Positions 39,209-51,578 of a stretch of 64,000 nucleotides of DNA are shown piece by piece. The translations under genes and the position numbers were made by a program. Where the stretch lies: IMG/VR virus record IMGVR_UViG_3300031784_000006; one strand, 5' to 3'. Origin of the DNA: a virus (Duplodnaviria; Caudoviricetes). The notes under the pieces were generated by a model. That model was not told the DNA's origin. It saw only the letters and a list, made by a program, of their open reading frames with translations, and made no database searches. How positions within the stretch are numbered: the first letter of the stretch is position 1; each line of letters starts with the position of its first letter.

Positions 39209-42200
39209 CTAACTATAGTTATTATATTTTAATGGATTAACTCTAATAACACTCGCGGATGTGGTGATTCCATTAATTCCATAAGAATTAAACTGCTTTG
39301 GATTTATTCTATTAATATCTGTCAGTTTACCCCAAGTGTATTCGCCACCATAATATATTGTACTATACGAAGTTAATGAACTAGTGTCAAAATAGTCCCA
39401 AGTATAATATGTGGAATCAAATGTTATAGTTGAAGAACCTAATCCAATTGTACTCAATCCTACACTAGATGAATCATCTGATTTTACAAAGACTCTCTTA
39501 ATATATGTTGTTCCAATTCCAATAATATTTGAATTTAGTATTTGAATGTTGCTAACTTGATATATTGAATCTATAAATTGAGTTGAAATGCCAATTAAAG
39601 AACCATCATTCCTGTAAGATGGATAAGAATCTGTGGAAATACTCACAACAGAGTCTTTTATTACAAAATAATCTCCAACTTCAATTTGACTGATTGTTAT
39701 TGCTATTCCTACAATTGATTGGTCTCGTAAAGTGGAATCATCTGGGATATACAAATCAAATATTTTATACTTTTGAATACCAACCATAGTTTGTCCATAT
39801 CCAACAATAGTTCCAAAATCTCCTTTATATGTGATGTTATCAATAACCTCTGTTACTGGTGATGGTGGTTCAATTAAAACTATTGGAGGTTTTGTGGTCG
39901 TATACCCACTACCAACAAAATCAATATTTACTGAAGAAACAGTTCCTGCGGCAGAAACAATAGTTCTGACTCTTGGTGCAAATTCAGAACCAAAACCTAT
40001 TGGATTTTGAATTGTGATATCAGGAACTGCTTGTGGATCATATCCAGAACCACCCTCAGTTATTAATATTGAAGAAACAATACCAACTGGAGAAATAATA
40101 GCTGTGGCGGCAGCAGAAATTATATTGTCTTGAGATACTATTATAATTTTATTTTGTGGTTCAGAACCAGTTATATATTCTTTTTTGCTATCAAAAAATG
40201 TCCTTACAGATTCTACATGTATTTCTGTAGATGCTAAACTGACGGTTTGAATTATATTTGTAGTTGGTTGTATTAACGGTTCAATTTGAATTCTATCTTT
40301 TGTAACCTCTTTTCCATTGACAAATATATCCTCCCTCTGCCTATATAACGTCATTGGTCTTAATAAAGACTCATTTTCAGTTATTCCGGGTCCACCATAA
40401 TTATTTGTTCTTATCGAATCTACTGATAATATGTCAGTTACGGTTCTTGAATCTTGAGATAAGAAATTAAAAGTATCATCATTTATTTGAACAGAATCTC
40501 CAATCTTTATTTTTTGTATCGGAGTCACTGGGACAACATCAACACTAGAGGTTCCTTCGTAGAATAGTATGGTACAAATGTCGCCAACTTTAGGGGGCTC
40601 ACTGAAAGAAATTGAACTTCCTCCATCAAATGTATAACTATTTCCTGGAACTTGTAAGACATTATTTAAAAATACCAATAGGCATGATTGAATGTCAATA
40701 GGAGAACCTAGTTTTGATTTTATAGAAACAATAGAATTGTTAACTTTTAGAGAGAAAATTCTTCTGCTACCATTAAATAAATCATCTATAGAATCAAAAA
40801 GTTTTAAATCTCCAAAACTCCATCCAGAAAAAGTGTCAGAAAGTGTTTTTTCAATTGTGATATTAAATTCTGAAAATTGATTACTTGTGGGTATACCTGT
40901 AATGTTATTTGTATCTACAGTTAAAATTTCTCCTTGACCATATCCATAACCAAAGTTTTTGATTTCAAAATCTATTATACTTGAACCCTGACCTACAACA
41001 ATATCAATCGTTGCTCCAGTGCCAAATCCTAGAGATGATGCGTTACTGTAAACTAATGGAATGTTTGAATATGAAATAGGATTATCAAAAATGACAGTAG
41101 GTAAGTTTGATGTGGTATATCCAAATCCCACATTTGTTATCTCTATTGGACCAACAATACTTCCATTACTTATAGTTGCAAATCCAATATGTGTAACTGT
41201 AGAAATTCCACTAGAACTGCTTGCAATTCCAACATTAACAAACCCAATAGATGGATTATTAACTTTTATTGATACTTGGGTTTCTTGTGGTATTTGATAT
41301 TGTGAGGTGCTGCCAATACCTATAGTAACAAAAGAAGAACCTATAGAAACTATATTTGCATTTGTAATATATGTTCCAATCCCTATCTCAAAATTTGATT
41401 GATTGCTTAACTTTTCAAGGATTTTAAATATGCTATTTTTATTTTCAATATAAATCAATGTACTTCCAATACTAATATTTGAATTAGTAAAGGATTCTAT
41501 ATTGTAATAAGATTTTGCTCTATAACCCGAACCAGAATTTCCGATTGATATAGATTGTATAGTTCCTCCCACAGAAATTATAGGTGTTCCTCCTGCAGAA
41601 ACTAGAGGTTGATAACCAAATCCTTTGGTTGAGCCTACAGAAACTATTATTCCACCTTTGGGAACATTTGATGAGTTAATATCATAAGTTGAATTGAGTT
41701 CTCCATCATTAAATTTAATGGTAGTTATTCCAGCACTCTCTTCCAACAAATAGTTTCCGACTATTGGATTTGGGAATGTTAATCTTTGTGGAGTTTGGAA
41801 AACTTGGTTAATTAATAAAATTCCATTACTTGTAACAATTCCCGATACATCATTTCCATTGGATTTTAAAATAAAATCAGTTTTAATCCCATTAAATCCA
41901 CTTGAGATGTCATCCAAAATATAGTTAGTAGAATATGCTTCCTCAGATGTTCCTTGGAACCCAGACCTGAGGAATATTCTTCCACCGAAAGAAGAATATG
42001 TTGTTATACCAACCCAATCAACTTCATTTGGTTTATTGCTAGTAAAAGGTGTTGGGCCAAATGGAGGATCTATAAAATTAATAGTATTATTAACTATATT
42101 ATAAGAACCAAAAAGTTTAGTTGCCAGAGTTCCTTGTGAGTGGGATGAAATGCCCGTACCCATCCAAGCTCTGTTTACTAGAACAGAGTTTGTTTGTCCA

Positions 42201-45200
42201 TATCCAACGGTTTTAATCTTTACTATTTCATTATCTATTTTTAGAATGTCCCCTGCAAATATTGAAGATACCCCAGAAAGTCTAATAATATCATCGGATA
42301 TTAATATCTGTGCAGTAGTACTTGCAGTAATTGCAGTAGAAACAACCGGAGATTGGATGACATTATCTAAAGTTATTAGAGATTTTGTATTTTGATTTGT
42401 AGAAGTCAATTTGTGTGCAGAACCAACTCCAACTGATAATATGTTTATTGGATTTGGAACTTCTTTTAATGCATTCTCTGCTGAAGACGCTAATTTAATT
42501 GTAGAATCATTAATTTTTATGATATAAAGTTCGGTACTTAGTTTATCTGTAGCTCCAACACCAACAAAAGAAGTTTCTGCTATTCCTATGGGACTTGATA
42601 ATTCTCCTTCGTAGGTATAATTGACTTTTTCGCCAGTAACAAAAAAGTGATTTGGTATTTTAATTGTATTATCTAATAAATTTACTATATTTGGGTTATC
42701 CGCTTCAAACTCTCTTTGGAATATTGGTAGACGATTGTATTCGAGGTTAAATTGTCTTTTTACAGTAGATGATGTCGAATTATATATTGAACTTCCTACA
42801 TTTAGTGAAGCAGCACCGAGATTTATTGGAGAAGAACTTCCTGGGTTCGTAATTCCCAAACCCAAAGTAGTTTCAAAAACTCTTATTTCTAAAGAAGTAT
42901 TTGCTAATGGAGTTGCACAAAGTTCAACATTATCTCCAGTAATTTTGCTACTTATTTGACATAAATTTTCATCAGTTATAATTCTTCCATATTCTAGAAT
43001 ATGAGAATCTGTAGTGTTACTTACTACAATAACTTCAGACATCTGCTTTCTATTATTATTTCTATCAGAAACGCAAACGATATAATATGATGAATCAAAA
43101 TCTCTTTTGTCGTAACTAGAAACTACTTTTTCTTGAGGCGAAGGGGTGGATGCAATTGAAACTGATGATGATTTAAGTAGATTTGTATTTAATTTTATAG
43201 AATCAGTACTAGTAACAGAATCCGACAATGAAAATACCAAAGCATTTGTGATATACTCGGAATTTAAATCATTATTTGGCGTAAATGATAATATTAAAGT
43301 AGAACCAGAATATGAAATTCCATAAGTTCCTAATCCAACAGAAGACTCTGCTTCTGCACTATTATTAAATTGACCATATTCTAAGAATTCAAATTGATTG
43401 CCATTGTTTATTAAACTTATTTCATTGTATTCGTAGTAATTATCAGTCTTTGATGAGATTTGCAGCAGAATTTTTGCAAAAGAATATGAGGTTGAAATAG
43501 ATACTATTTCAGTTTCTCCAATTGTAGTTGGTAAAATAGTCGATTCTACCGATTCAATCTTAACAGAATCTCCAAAAGAAAGTGTTGAGATGCCTAATGA
43601 CGAATCAATTAGATCGTAAGAAACAAAGTTTATATTAAAATCATTCGTTTGATATTGATTTGGGTAAAATAGTAGATTCGCCTCGTCACCTATAAAAGAG
43701 ATATCAAAAGAACCCAAGTCACTCACCGTTGCAACTTTTGCATATTGATTTAACAGTGCAAAATTATCATCATGCAAAATTGTTACCAATGAAGTTTGCT
43801 TTTCTCCAGAAAATCTCCTATCATATGCATTAACAATATATTTTTTACTTCTATTTGAGTTCCTTTTAAAAGTATTTGTTACAGAGAAGACAGTACTTCT
43901 TTCTTCACTATTGAATTGATCGCTAATATTATCAACCGCCAATACTCTATTATTAACTGATTGAAGATAATTTGAAGCTTCAACATTTTTCAATATCAAT
44001 TCACTCGATAGAACTTGTGAATTTATTTTTATAGTTTTTTCCTTAGCAAAATCAAAGTCATTAACAGTTTCAAAATCTATTGTTTCACTATAATCAGAAA
44101 TACCTACAAAGTCTCCAAAATCTTGTTCTGTAGAAATCCCAGAAAAAGAATCTGTTGAAGATTCTACTATCAAATCTCCAAATTTTTTAAATCCTAAAGT
44201 GTGATTTTGACTAGTTACTACGTCATCCCATTGGTTATAGTCAATTTTTGTTTTAATTGAATATGAGAAAAATTGATAATAGTCACTATCATGTATTTTT
44301 TGATAATTATTATTTAAGAATCCAGTTTCATTTTTAGAACCTTCTTTTACTATTGATGATGCTCCTATAGTGTAGTCGCCAACATAATTGTCTACTGATT
44401 TAATAATTCCATGCGTATTTGATGAAGATCCTTTTATAATATCCCCAACTTTAAAATTTCCATTCCCATAAACTTTTAAAATTTTAGAACTAAAATTCCA
44501 ATCAAAAATAGTAGCCTTTACACTATCCGATGTTATTTCTTCATTAGTGAAGAAATTATTATATAGTAAATCCATATTAAAGGTTGGGAAAAACTTTTTA
44601 GGAACGATATTTCCATAAGAAGTCGATGCATCAAAAATTCCGGGCAATTCATTTGAAGATAACTTATCTGCCAAATTGTAAGTTACCGTCGAAGTTCCTC
44701 CTAGATTTGGATTAACTGAAGTCAACTTAAATAATGAATAGTTATATGCCGACGAATTATAGCCCTTTAATGTCGATGCGGTTCCTACATTAGTACCTTC
44801 TATTAAAACTTCATCGCCAACTTCAAATGGATAATCTGATAAACTAGTATAAGTTGTTGCCAAAGAAACGGTGACATCCTTAGTAGTCTCGTTAAATGTT
44901 ATTGAATTAATCCCTATTCCATTTGAATTATTAATTGGCAATATTATTGGGTAACTATCGCTTAATTTTGCAGTATCTCTAACTACGGTGATACTCTTAT
45001 CTTCTAAATTATATCTCAAATCTACATCATCTATTACTTCACCTCTAACAGAATCTATTACTATTAAGTCTGGAGACTTTGTATAATTCTTTCCAAAAGA
45101 AGATATGCCTATAAAATTAAACGAAAGTAAAGTATCTACTTTTAAAACTTGAGGTAGTTTTACAGTGGGTCTTATTGTTTTATCCGCAGAATAATCAAAA

Positions 45201-48200
45201 CCAACATCTTCAATTTCAGAAACAACTATTTTTCCAATATTATCCGAATATGGACTTATAATTGCCTGCTTACCCTCTGATGATGAAATTGAAACTATTT
45301 TTGGCAGACTTTTATACTGACTTCCTCTGGACAATGCTCTAAAAGAATCTATTGGACCTTTTGCTGTAAAAGAATTAGTTACATATGATAATACTGCTTC
45401 TGAAGATAGATAGGACGAAACTTCTGGTCTTTTTGCTATATTGAATGAGAAAGTGGTAGAAGTTATTCCTGAAATAATATTATTTCCAGAAAAACCGCTT
45501 TCTTCAACTGAAATATGATTATTTGATAATATATTTACCGAATCTGCTATAATTTTTATATTATTTTCAATGTTCGTATTCGATGATACTGGTTTTAGTG
45601 TATAATATAATGATTTTGGAATGTTGTCAGAAACATATAAAGTGACTTTTGCATCTGTGGATATTCCAATTCTTCCACTTTTTTTAATTTCAAATGAATT
45701 TGTAAATTTTGAGGTATTGAAAATATTTTTAAAATCAGAATCTGTATAGAAATCAAAGTCAAATGAAGATGAGGGGATTGAATTGATTAAATGGCTTAAA
45801 GAACTGTCAGAAAGATCGAATTCAACTACTTGATTTCTAAATACGGAAATTTTGGGATTTACTGCCGACAAAACACCAAAACTTTGACTCGTTAAGTCTA
45901 TACAAATAGGTTCCGATAGTTTGGAATCGTAAAACGTTTTTGATAATTTGATATTATTACCATCAATAACAACCGCATAATATATTTCATTATCCACCAA
46001 ACCACCAACAGGTGCATTTGAAGTGTAAATAAGTTTCTGGCCGTTTTCGTATCCATGGGATAGAATTGTAATCGTATCTGTTGCTATATCTACATCAGAA
46101 GACAAAAATTCCTTAGGATTTGCAACTAATCTCTTATTGTAAGAATTATATTTTATAATATGAGTTACTGTATTTTTGGAAAGACATGTTAGCGAAATAC
46201 TATTATTAGTTTCTAGCCCATGAGTGGATGAAGTTGATACTGTTACTAAATTTTTTTCAATCTTACCCAAAATAATATCATTATAATTTGTTTTAAAACT
46301 ATGTAATACTCCGGTTCCAATTCCAGTAAAATATAAAGTACTTGTTGTAACTTCACTGTTTATTCCTACAAAATTTCCATTAGAACCAATACCAATAGGA
46401 TTAGTTGCAATACCTATTAAATTATCATTCACTACGGCTGCATATACTACTTGATTATTTTCTAATTGAAATGAAGATGTACCATCTGTTGAAATTGAAA
46501 TAGATGTATCACCACCATTAGAATATATTAGAGAATCTCCTGTATATAAATTGTGGTCTGGGAGAAAAATTGTTTTTGTTGGAATAAAGAGTGATGTTCT
46601 TCCTGTTCCCGGATTACTAAAAGATAATGTATAACCTATACCAACTCCGGCAACTGTCCCCAATCCTATGGAATCATTGGGGTTAAAATAAATTTGTCTG
46701 TTATATGATGGACTGTATATGGAAGATATTATTCCAACTCGGAATTCGAATTTTCTAGATTCTTGCTTGATAAGAGAAGATATTGTATGAGCAGAACCAA
46801 CAGAATTGTCATATTCCCTAAGAACTCTTATTCTAGTTAATTCTGGTTCTATATTCAATACCTTTACTTTTTCGGAACCAATTCCTAAAATATCATTTTC
46901 TCTTAGATATGGGTAGAATATAGCTCCACCAACATCAAAATAAGTTACTATTCCGGTAGAAGATGGAGTATCAACTGAAGAAATAAGAGTTAGAATATCA
47001 GTTCTCACTCCTACTCGATATGAACCATTTAAAAAACTACCGAAAGTGTTTATACCCGTAACGTTAATTATGTCAAAATCGGAAAGACCATGTGGATTTT
47101 CAGAAAATCCTACAATCAAACCTCTCTCTATAAAATTGCTGGGAATAAATTCTACATTTGTAATTGAAGTTGTACTGGAAGAAACTTGATTAATTTCTTT
47201 TCCTTTTAATAATGAAACTTCATAAGATGCCCCTTGCCCACCTCCAGTTAGTGTGTTATCAAAGATTATTCTATCACCTACTCTATAGTCAATTCCTGAA
47301 GAGTTAATTCCAATAAAATCTATCTCTCCCCTCTTTATTCTTTTTACTGAAGAATTTTGGGGTTTTATTTTATTACTATCTAATATGAAATCGTATCTAC
47401 TGCGAGAACTTTTCAACTTATATGGGTAAGTATTTCTTAAATATTTCCCAGTATTTAAATCAAAAGTATCTTGATTTATTTTTTTGGAGAAATTATCTTC
47501 TATTGGTAATGATTTGAACTCATTTCCAATAAAATATGGGAAAATTGGTTTTCTATAATTTCGTAAATTGTCAAAAAATTCAATAGAAGAATCATTTATA
47601 GTTGAAAAATATGCATAAACTCCATTAGGATATTCTGGAGTAATACAGAATCTACCATTGAATTGATCCAAATCTCCTGAGTTTGTATACTCATAATCTT
47701 CGCAGAAAAATCCAAGCGGATAATCTGATTTATTGGGTCTATTAGATTTTTCTATCAGTGAATATCCAGATTTTAATAACTTTATTGGACCACCCTCATT
47801 CGAAGAGTAACCATATGGGCCATAAATTGGATTTCCATCATAAGCCCATCCTATTATTGGAGAGTGTATATTTGATAATATTTCTTGTCCAGAATTTAAT
47901 ATTAGGTCTGGGATAAAGGATTCTACCGAGTTTATATTACTTCCTCTTCCAACAATTCTTCTCAAACTCCTTGGCGGATATGTGTGAGTATACTGCAATC
48001 CATTATCCGAATCAATAATAATACCGTCATCATCTGAGATAGAATTTAAAGTAATATCTCTTTCTACTAAATTTATTTTCCAAGTTTTGGTAACAGATTG
48101 TAGGTTACATCCAGAACCAGATGGAATAACATTTATTGTTATTGAAGTCGAAAATCCTGTTCCTCCATCAATAACTTTTACTTCCTTAATTTGGCCATCA

Positions 48201-51200
48201 GAAACAATAGGGGTTAATATTGCTCCAGATCCTTTTCCATCACTTACAATTTCCAATGAAGGTGGAGAATTGTATTCTGTGCCTCCGTTAAAAACTAGAA
48301 CCTGGCTAATTTTACCAGAAGAAACAATAGGGAATAACTGTGCATTTTTTCCAGTTTTTAAAGTAAAATTGGGTTGCCTATTAAAGTTTATAATATCTTC
48401 TGAACCATAATTAAATCCTCCAGTTTCTATGAATACTGACTTAATTTCTCCTTTAAAAATTGGTTGTAAAGTGGCATCTAATTTGTGCGAAGTTAATGTC
48501 GATACTCCAATAACTCCAGTTATGTTTACTGTAATTGGTTCATAATTAAAAGTATGTTTTCCAGACCCAGTTGTTTTGAAATTTTCATACTGATTAGTAG
48601 CAAAATAAAAGTCATTATTTGTAGATAATCCAACTACAGCTGATCCTATACCTATAGTTGAAGAAGTTCCAACTCTAGATAACTTAAAAGAATTTTCATC
48701 TACTTCTGTAACGTAATATGATTTTCCTGAGGAAAGACCTACTATCTCTTGTTCTGTTGCGTTATATACTACAATCTCCCCAGTTTTATATCCATGCTCT
48801 GGTGCATAAACCGTGTTGGAACTAGTAATAATACCTGTTGGGAATACAGAAATTTTTCTATTCTTATATCCAGTTCCTTTATCAATAACTTTTACCAGAC
48901 CTATTTTTTTCTTGAAGATTGCTGAAGAGAATTCATGAATACCTACTCCATAAGAAGTTAAAGTAACCGTATTAATCCCCGCAAAAGCATCATCTGAGGT
49001 GGTATGTAACTTTATTGTACTGTCATCTAAGATAGAAGCATAATATGTTGATTCTGTAGTTAGTCCACCTATTGCCTGTTGATTTTTTGTTTTATAAACA
49101 ATCGCTTCAGAATCTTGGAAATTGTGGAATGTTGAAAATCCTATGGTATTATTAGTTAAGTTGACTAAACCTGAAAAATCGGTAGAATCAAAAGGTATTT
49201 TATATTCGTAAGAAATTAATTCAGATTCTACTTTTGCTCCACTTCCTCCGCCACCAGATATTGTTATTGTTGGTGGTTGTAAATAATTAAATCCACCATT
49301 AATAATCTGAATACTATCTAAATCCCCCTCAATACCACAATAACCATTAGCACCCACTCCAACCGAATCCTCAATGGACAGAACTGGTGGAGAAATAATA
49401 TCGTAATCATTTTCTGATGACAATACGTTTATTTTTTCTATAGGTCCATAAAAAATATTATTTTTTGATTTGTAATTTAAAATTTCAACACCATTTATCA
49501 GTATTCCTGTAGTTCCTGGTTTAGTTTCATATTTTTCTACAGTATCTTGTGGTTCTTTAATAGTTTTTAATAACTTCTGAGATTGTAAATCTTTATTATA
49601 AAACTCAGAATCTATAATTACATTATCTATCGCTGTACCAGAAACTTTTATATAACTATTTTTATATAAATTTTCTCTACTTCTCGCTAATTTTATTTTT
49701 GTAGAACTAATCTTTCTTACAAAATAAATTCTTTCTTCCAGTTCTTTATTAAAGTCTGCATCAAATAAATTATTTTCGATAAGCTCTGAATTTGGGACAT
49801 ATATAACAGAATTTCCTGTTAAAAAATAATGTGTTCCTATTTCCAATTCTTCTTGTTGTTTGTAACTTCCACTGAAAACATTTTTTCCATTAGTTGTTTC
49901 TAAATCCAAATCAAAGTAATTTGGAAGAGATGATGCAGATATTAAATATGTACCTTTTCTGTCTCCATAAACATTTTGAACATCTGAAGTGTAAATTTTA
50001 GAATTTGGAAAATTTTTAAATTTACTTTTAGATAAAATCTTTTCGACACTGTATACTCTAGAAGCATCTATTTGCCCCTGACCACTCACGTTAAATGATT
50101 TTGAATTTATAATCGATATAACTGAAGAATTTATAGAAGGACCATTCGTTAAATGTATGACAATTTTATCCCCTATTCTTAAAAAATTATCTTCAAAAGT
50201 CTTAAATGTATAAGAAAATGAAGAAATATCAACTAAAGATACTGATTCCACATCATAATTTATTGGAATATTAAAAAACCAATTATTTGCAGCAAATTGG
50301 GTTTCATCTTCACCGAGAGTATCTATTTTTATAATGTCATTTTCGGAAAAAAGTTTTGTGTTTGAGTTAATATTTAAATCAGATAAAACACCAGTTACTC
50401 TAAATTTTACGATATTACTCGTCCCAACACCTGCATAGGAATATGCATAAGAATCTATTCTTATATCCTGTTTTGGTGGAATAGTTTGCGAAATTCCACT
50501 ACATTCATAGAATTGAGTAAGAGATTTTGATTTATAAGTGATAACTAGAGAACTACCATTTTTTAATTTTGCAACTAAAGTTCCTTGATCAGGAAATCCT
50601 ATAGTGGAATCGACATCTATTACGCTTGAACCTATAGATACTTGGGAGGTTACTTTTGTTATTGGGTGTATTGAAAATTCTCCTTGTTCAGATGTTTCTG
50701 AATCTGGAGTATAGTCTAAACTAATAGAATAGTATTCTTTTTCACCACGAAGAATTTTTTCAATATTGTTTATTGAACCAAATGCTTTTTGGGATGTTTG
50801 AGTTTCATCTTGATATATTGTTCTATTTAAAACATCATTGACAAATTCCTCATTTTCTAATACCTCAACAACTAATCTTTTTACAACTCTATAATCAGAG
50901 TTTGATGGTATAAAAAGATAGTCTCTTGGCTTAATTACTTTTATTTCGTCGCCATAAAGTGCTTTAAATAAAATTTTAAAAGACTGGTCTGTTCCTTTCG
51001 ATGAATAGAAATCTTTGGCTTGTTTAATGAAAAGATTTTCATTTAAACCCGAATATAAAGTTCTATTTTCAAATCCTGGTGTGAATTGAGATTTTACCTT
51101 ATTAAAAAATTCACCCAAAAGTAAAGAACTGAGATTTACAACTTTAGATTGCTCTAAATGCTCAGTTATATTTGTTGATGAAAAAATTAGATTTCCTGAA

Positions 51201-51577
51201 TCATAAGATGAAACTCCACTAAATCCTCTGACACACTCTTCAAAAGTTGTATTAGTTTTTGACTTATATGTGATTATTTCGTCATCAATTTTTAAAAGTC
51301 CATACGAATCCGGAAATCCTTTGGTTGATACAACTTCGATACTAGTATCAATCAGAGTGGTTTTTGATGTTGTAACGGTACTTGTTGTTAAATTAGTTAA
51401 ATTATCAAGTTTTATATATTGATCTATATTATTAAGTATGTCAAATGCCTCACCTTTATTTTCTTGTGAAAGGTAATATGTAGATAAAAACTCTTCAACC
51501 AGAGGAAATTCTTCCTTAATAAAATCTGGTAATTGATTTTCGATTACAGAACTAATTTTAACTCTTGTCTTTACCAT
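39209..51577 (-). CDS. gp7: Baseplate wedge initiator (very long cyanophage form, 4122 aa)
   Basis: FIKQAKDFYSSKGTDQSFKILFKALYG, HSPIIGWAYDGNPIYGPYGY, DSDYYQFFSYSIK; between gp6 and gp8. Confidence 0.85.
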   Translation of the reverse strand: MVKTRVKISSVIENQLPDFIKEEFPLVEEFLSTYYLSQENKGEAFDILNNIDQYIKLDNLTNLTTSTVTTSKTTLIDTSIEVVSTKGFPDSYGLLKIDDEIITYKSKTNTTFEECVRGFSGVSSYDSGNLIFSSTNITEHLEQSKVVNLSSLLLGEFFNKVKSQFTPGFENRTLYSGLNENLFIKQAKDFYSSKGTDQSFKILFKALYGDEIKVIKPRDYLFIPSNSDYRVVKRLVVEVLENEEFVNDVLNRTIYQDETQTSQKAFGSINNIEKILRGEKEYYSISLDYTPDSETSEQGEFSIHPITKVTSQVSIGSSVIDVDSTIGFPDQGTLVAKLKNGSSLVITYKSKSLTQFYECSGISQTIPPKQDIRIDSYAYSYAGVGTSNIVKFRVTGVLSDLNINSNTKLFSENDIIKIDTLGEDETQFAANNWFFNIPINYDVESVSLVDISSFSYTFKTFEDNFLRIGDKIVIHLTNGPSINSSVISIINSKSFNVSGQGQIDASRVYSVEKILSKSKFKNFPNSKIYTSDVQNVYGDRKGTYLISASSLPNYFDLDLETTNGKNVFSGSYKQQEELEIGTHYFLTGNSVIYVPNSELIENNLFDADFNKELEERIYFVRKISSTKIKLARSRENLYKNSYIKVSGTAIDNVIIDSEFYNKDLQSQKLLKTIKEPQDTVEKYETKPGTTGILINGVEILNYKSKNNIFYGPIEKINVLSSENDYDIISPPVLSIEDSVGVGANGYCGIEGDLDSIQIINGGFNYLQPPTITISGGGGSGAKVESELISYEYKIPFDSTDFSGLVNLTNNTIGFSTFHNFQDSEAIVYKTKNQQAIGGLTTESTYYASILDDSTIKLHTTSDDAFAGINTVTLTSYGVGIHEFSSAIFKKKIGLVKVIDKGTGYKNRKISVFPTGIITSSNTVYAPEHGYKTGEIVVYNATEQEIVGLSSGKSYYVTEVDENSFKLSRVGTSSTIGIGSAVVGLSTNNDFYFATNQYENFKTTGSGKHTFNYEPITVNITGVIGVSTLTSHKLDATLQPIFKGEIKSVFIETGGFNYGSEDIINFNRQPNFTLKTGKNAQLFPIVSSGKISQVLVFNGGTEYNSPPSLEIVSDGKGSGAILTPIVSDGQIKEVKVIDGGTGFSTSITINVIPSGSGCNLQSVTKTWKINLVERDITLNSISDDDGIIIDSDNGLQYTHTYPPRSLRRIVGRGSNINSVESFIPDLILNSGQEILSNIHSPIIGWAYDGNPIYGPYGYSSNEGGPIKLLKSGYSLIEKSNRPNKSDYPLGFFCEDYEYTNSGDLDQFNGRFCITPEYPNGVYAYFSTINDSSIEFFDNLRNYRKPIFPYFIGNEFKSLPIEDNFSKKINQDTFDLNTGKYLRNTYPYKLKSSRSRYDFILDSNKIKPQNSSVKRIKRGEIDFIGINSSGIDYRVGDRIIFDNTLTGGGQGASYEVSLLKGKEINQVSSSTTSITNVEFIPSNFIERGLIVGFSENPHGLSDFDIINVTGINTFGSFLNGSYRVGVRTDILTLISSVDTPSSTGIVTYFDVGGAIFYPYLRENDILGIGSEKVKVLNIEPELTRIRVLREYDNSVGSAHTISSLIKQESRKFEFRVGIISSIYSPSYNRQIYFNPNDSIGLGTVAGVGIGYTLSFSNPGTGRTSLFIPTKTIFLPDHNLYTGDSLIYSNGGDTSISISTDGTSSFQLENNQVVYAAVVNDNLIGIATNPIGIGSNGNFVGINSEVTTSTLYFTGIGTGVLHSFKTNYNDIILGKIEKNLVTVSTSSTHGLETNNSISLTCLSKNTVTHIIKYNSYNKRLVANPKEFLSSDVDIATDTITILSHGYENGQKLIYTSNAPVGGLVDNEIYYAVVIDGNNIKLSKTFYDSKLSEPICIDLTSQSFGVLSAVNPKISVFRNQVVEFDLSDSSLSHLINSIPSSSFDFDFYTDSDFKNIFNTSKFTNSFEIKKSGRIGISTDAKVTLYVSDNIPKSLYYTLKPVSSNTNIENNIKIIADSVNILSNNHISVEESGFSGNNIISGITSTTFSFNIAKRPEVSSYLSSEAVLSYVTNSFTAKGPIDSFRALSRGSQYKSLPKIVSISSSEGKQAIISPYSDNIGKIVVSEIEDVGFDYSADKTIRPTVKLPQVLKVDTLLSFNFIGISSFGKNYTKSPDLIVIDSVRGEVIDDVDLRYNLEDKSITVVRDTAKLSDSYPIILPINNSNGIGINSITFNETTKDVTVSLATTYTSLSDYPFEVGDEVLIEGTNVGTASTLKGYNSSAYNYSLFKLTSVNPNLGGTSTVTYNLADKLSSNELPGIFDASTSYGNIVPKKFFPTFNMDLLYNNFFTNEEITSDSVKATIFDWNFSSKILKVYGNGNFKVGDIIKGSSSNTHGIIKSVDNYVGDYTIGASSIVKEGSKNETGFLNNNYQKIHDSDYYQFFSYSIKTKIDYNQWDDVVTSQNHTLGFKKFGDLIVESSTDSFSGISTEQDFGDFVGISDYSETIDFETVNDFDFAKEKTIKINSQVLSSELILKNVEASNYLQSVNNRVLAVDNISDQFNSEERSTVFSVTNTFKRNSNRSKKYIVNAYDRRFSGEKQTSLVTILHDDNFALLNQYAKVATVSDLGSFDISFIGDEANLLFYPNQYQTNDFNINFVSYDLIDSSLGISTLSFGDSVKIESVESTILPTTIGETEIVSISTSYSFAKILLQISSKTDNYYEYNEISLINNGNQFEFLEYGQFNNSAEAESSVGLGTYGISYSGSTLILSFTPNNDLNSEYITNALVFSLSDSVTSTDSIKLNTNLLKSSSVSIASTPSPQEKVVSSYDKRDFDSSYYIVCVSDRNNNRKQMSEVIVVSNTTDSHILEYGRIITDENLCQISSKITGDNVELCATPLANTSLEIRVFETTLGLGITNPGSSSPINLGAASLNVGSSIYNSTSSTVKRQFNLEYNRLPIFQREFEADNPNIVNLLDNTIKIPNHFFVTGEKVNYTYEGELSSPIGIAETSFVGVGATDKLSTELYIIKINDSTIKLASSAENALKEVPNPINILSVGVGSAHKLTSTNQNTKSLITLDNVIQSPVVSTAITASTTAQILISDDIIRLSGVSSIFAGDILKIDNEIVKIKTVGYGQTNSVLVNRAWMGTGISSHSQGTLATKLFGSYNIVNNTINFIDPPFGPTPFTSNKPNEVDWVGITTYSSFGGRIFLRSGFQGTSEEAYSTNYILDDISSGFNGIKTDFILKSNGNDVSGIVTSNGILLINQVFQTPQRLTFPNPIVGNYLLEESAGITTIKFNDGELNSTYDINSSNVPKGGIIVSVGSTKGFGYQPLVSAGGTPIISVGGTIQSISIGNSGSGYRAKSYYNIESFTNSNISIGSTLIYIENKNSIFKILEKLSNQSNFEIGIGTYITNANIVSIGSSFVTIGIGSTSQYQIPQETQVSIKVNNPSIGFVNVGIASSSSGISTVTHIGFATISNGSIVGPIEITNVGFGYTTSNLPTVIFDNPISYSNIPLVYSNASSLGFGTGATIDIVVGQGSSIIDFEIKNFGYGYGQGEILTVDTNNITGIPTSNQFSEFNITIEKTLSDTFSGWSFGDLKLFDSIDDLFNGSRRIFSLKVNNSIVSIKSKLGSPIDIQSCLLVFLNNVLQVPGNSYTFDGGSSISFSEPPKVGDICTILFYEGTSSVDVVPVTPIQKIKIGDSVQINDDTFNFLSQDSRTVTDILSVDSIRTNNYGGPGITENESLLRPMTLYRQREDIFVNGKEVTKDRIQIEPLIQPTTNIIQTVSLASTEIHVESVRTFFDSKKEYITGSEPQNKIIIVSQDNIISAAATAIISPVGIVSSILITEGGSGYDPQAVPDITIQNPIGFGSEFAPRVRTIVSAAGTVSSVNIDFVGSGYTTTKPPIVLIEPPSPVTEVIDNITYKGDFGTIVGYGQTMVGIQKYKIFDLYIPDDSTLRDQSIVGIAITISQIEVGDYFVIKDSVVSISTDSYPSYRNDGSLIGISTQFIDSIYQVSNIQILNSNIIGIGTTYIKRVFVKSDDSSSVGLSTIGLGSSTITFDSTYYTWDYFDTSSLTSYSTIYYGGEYTWGKLTDINRINPKQFNSYGINGITTSASVIRVNPLKYNNYS

Positions 51578-51578
51578 T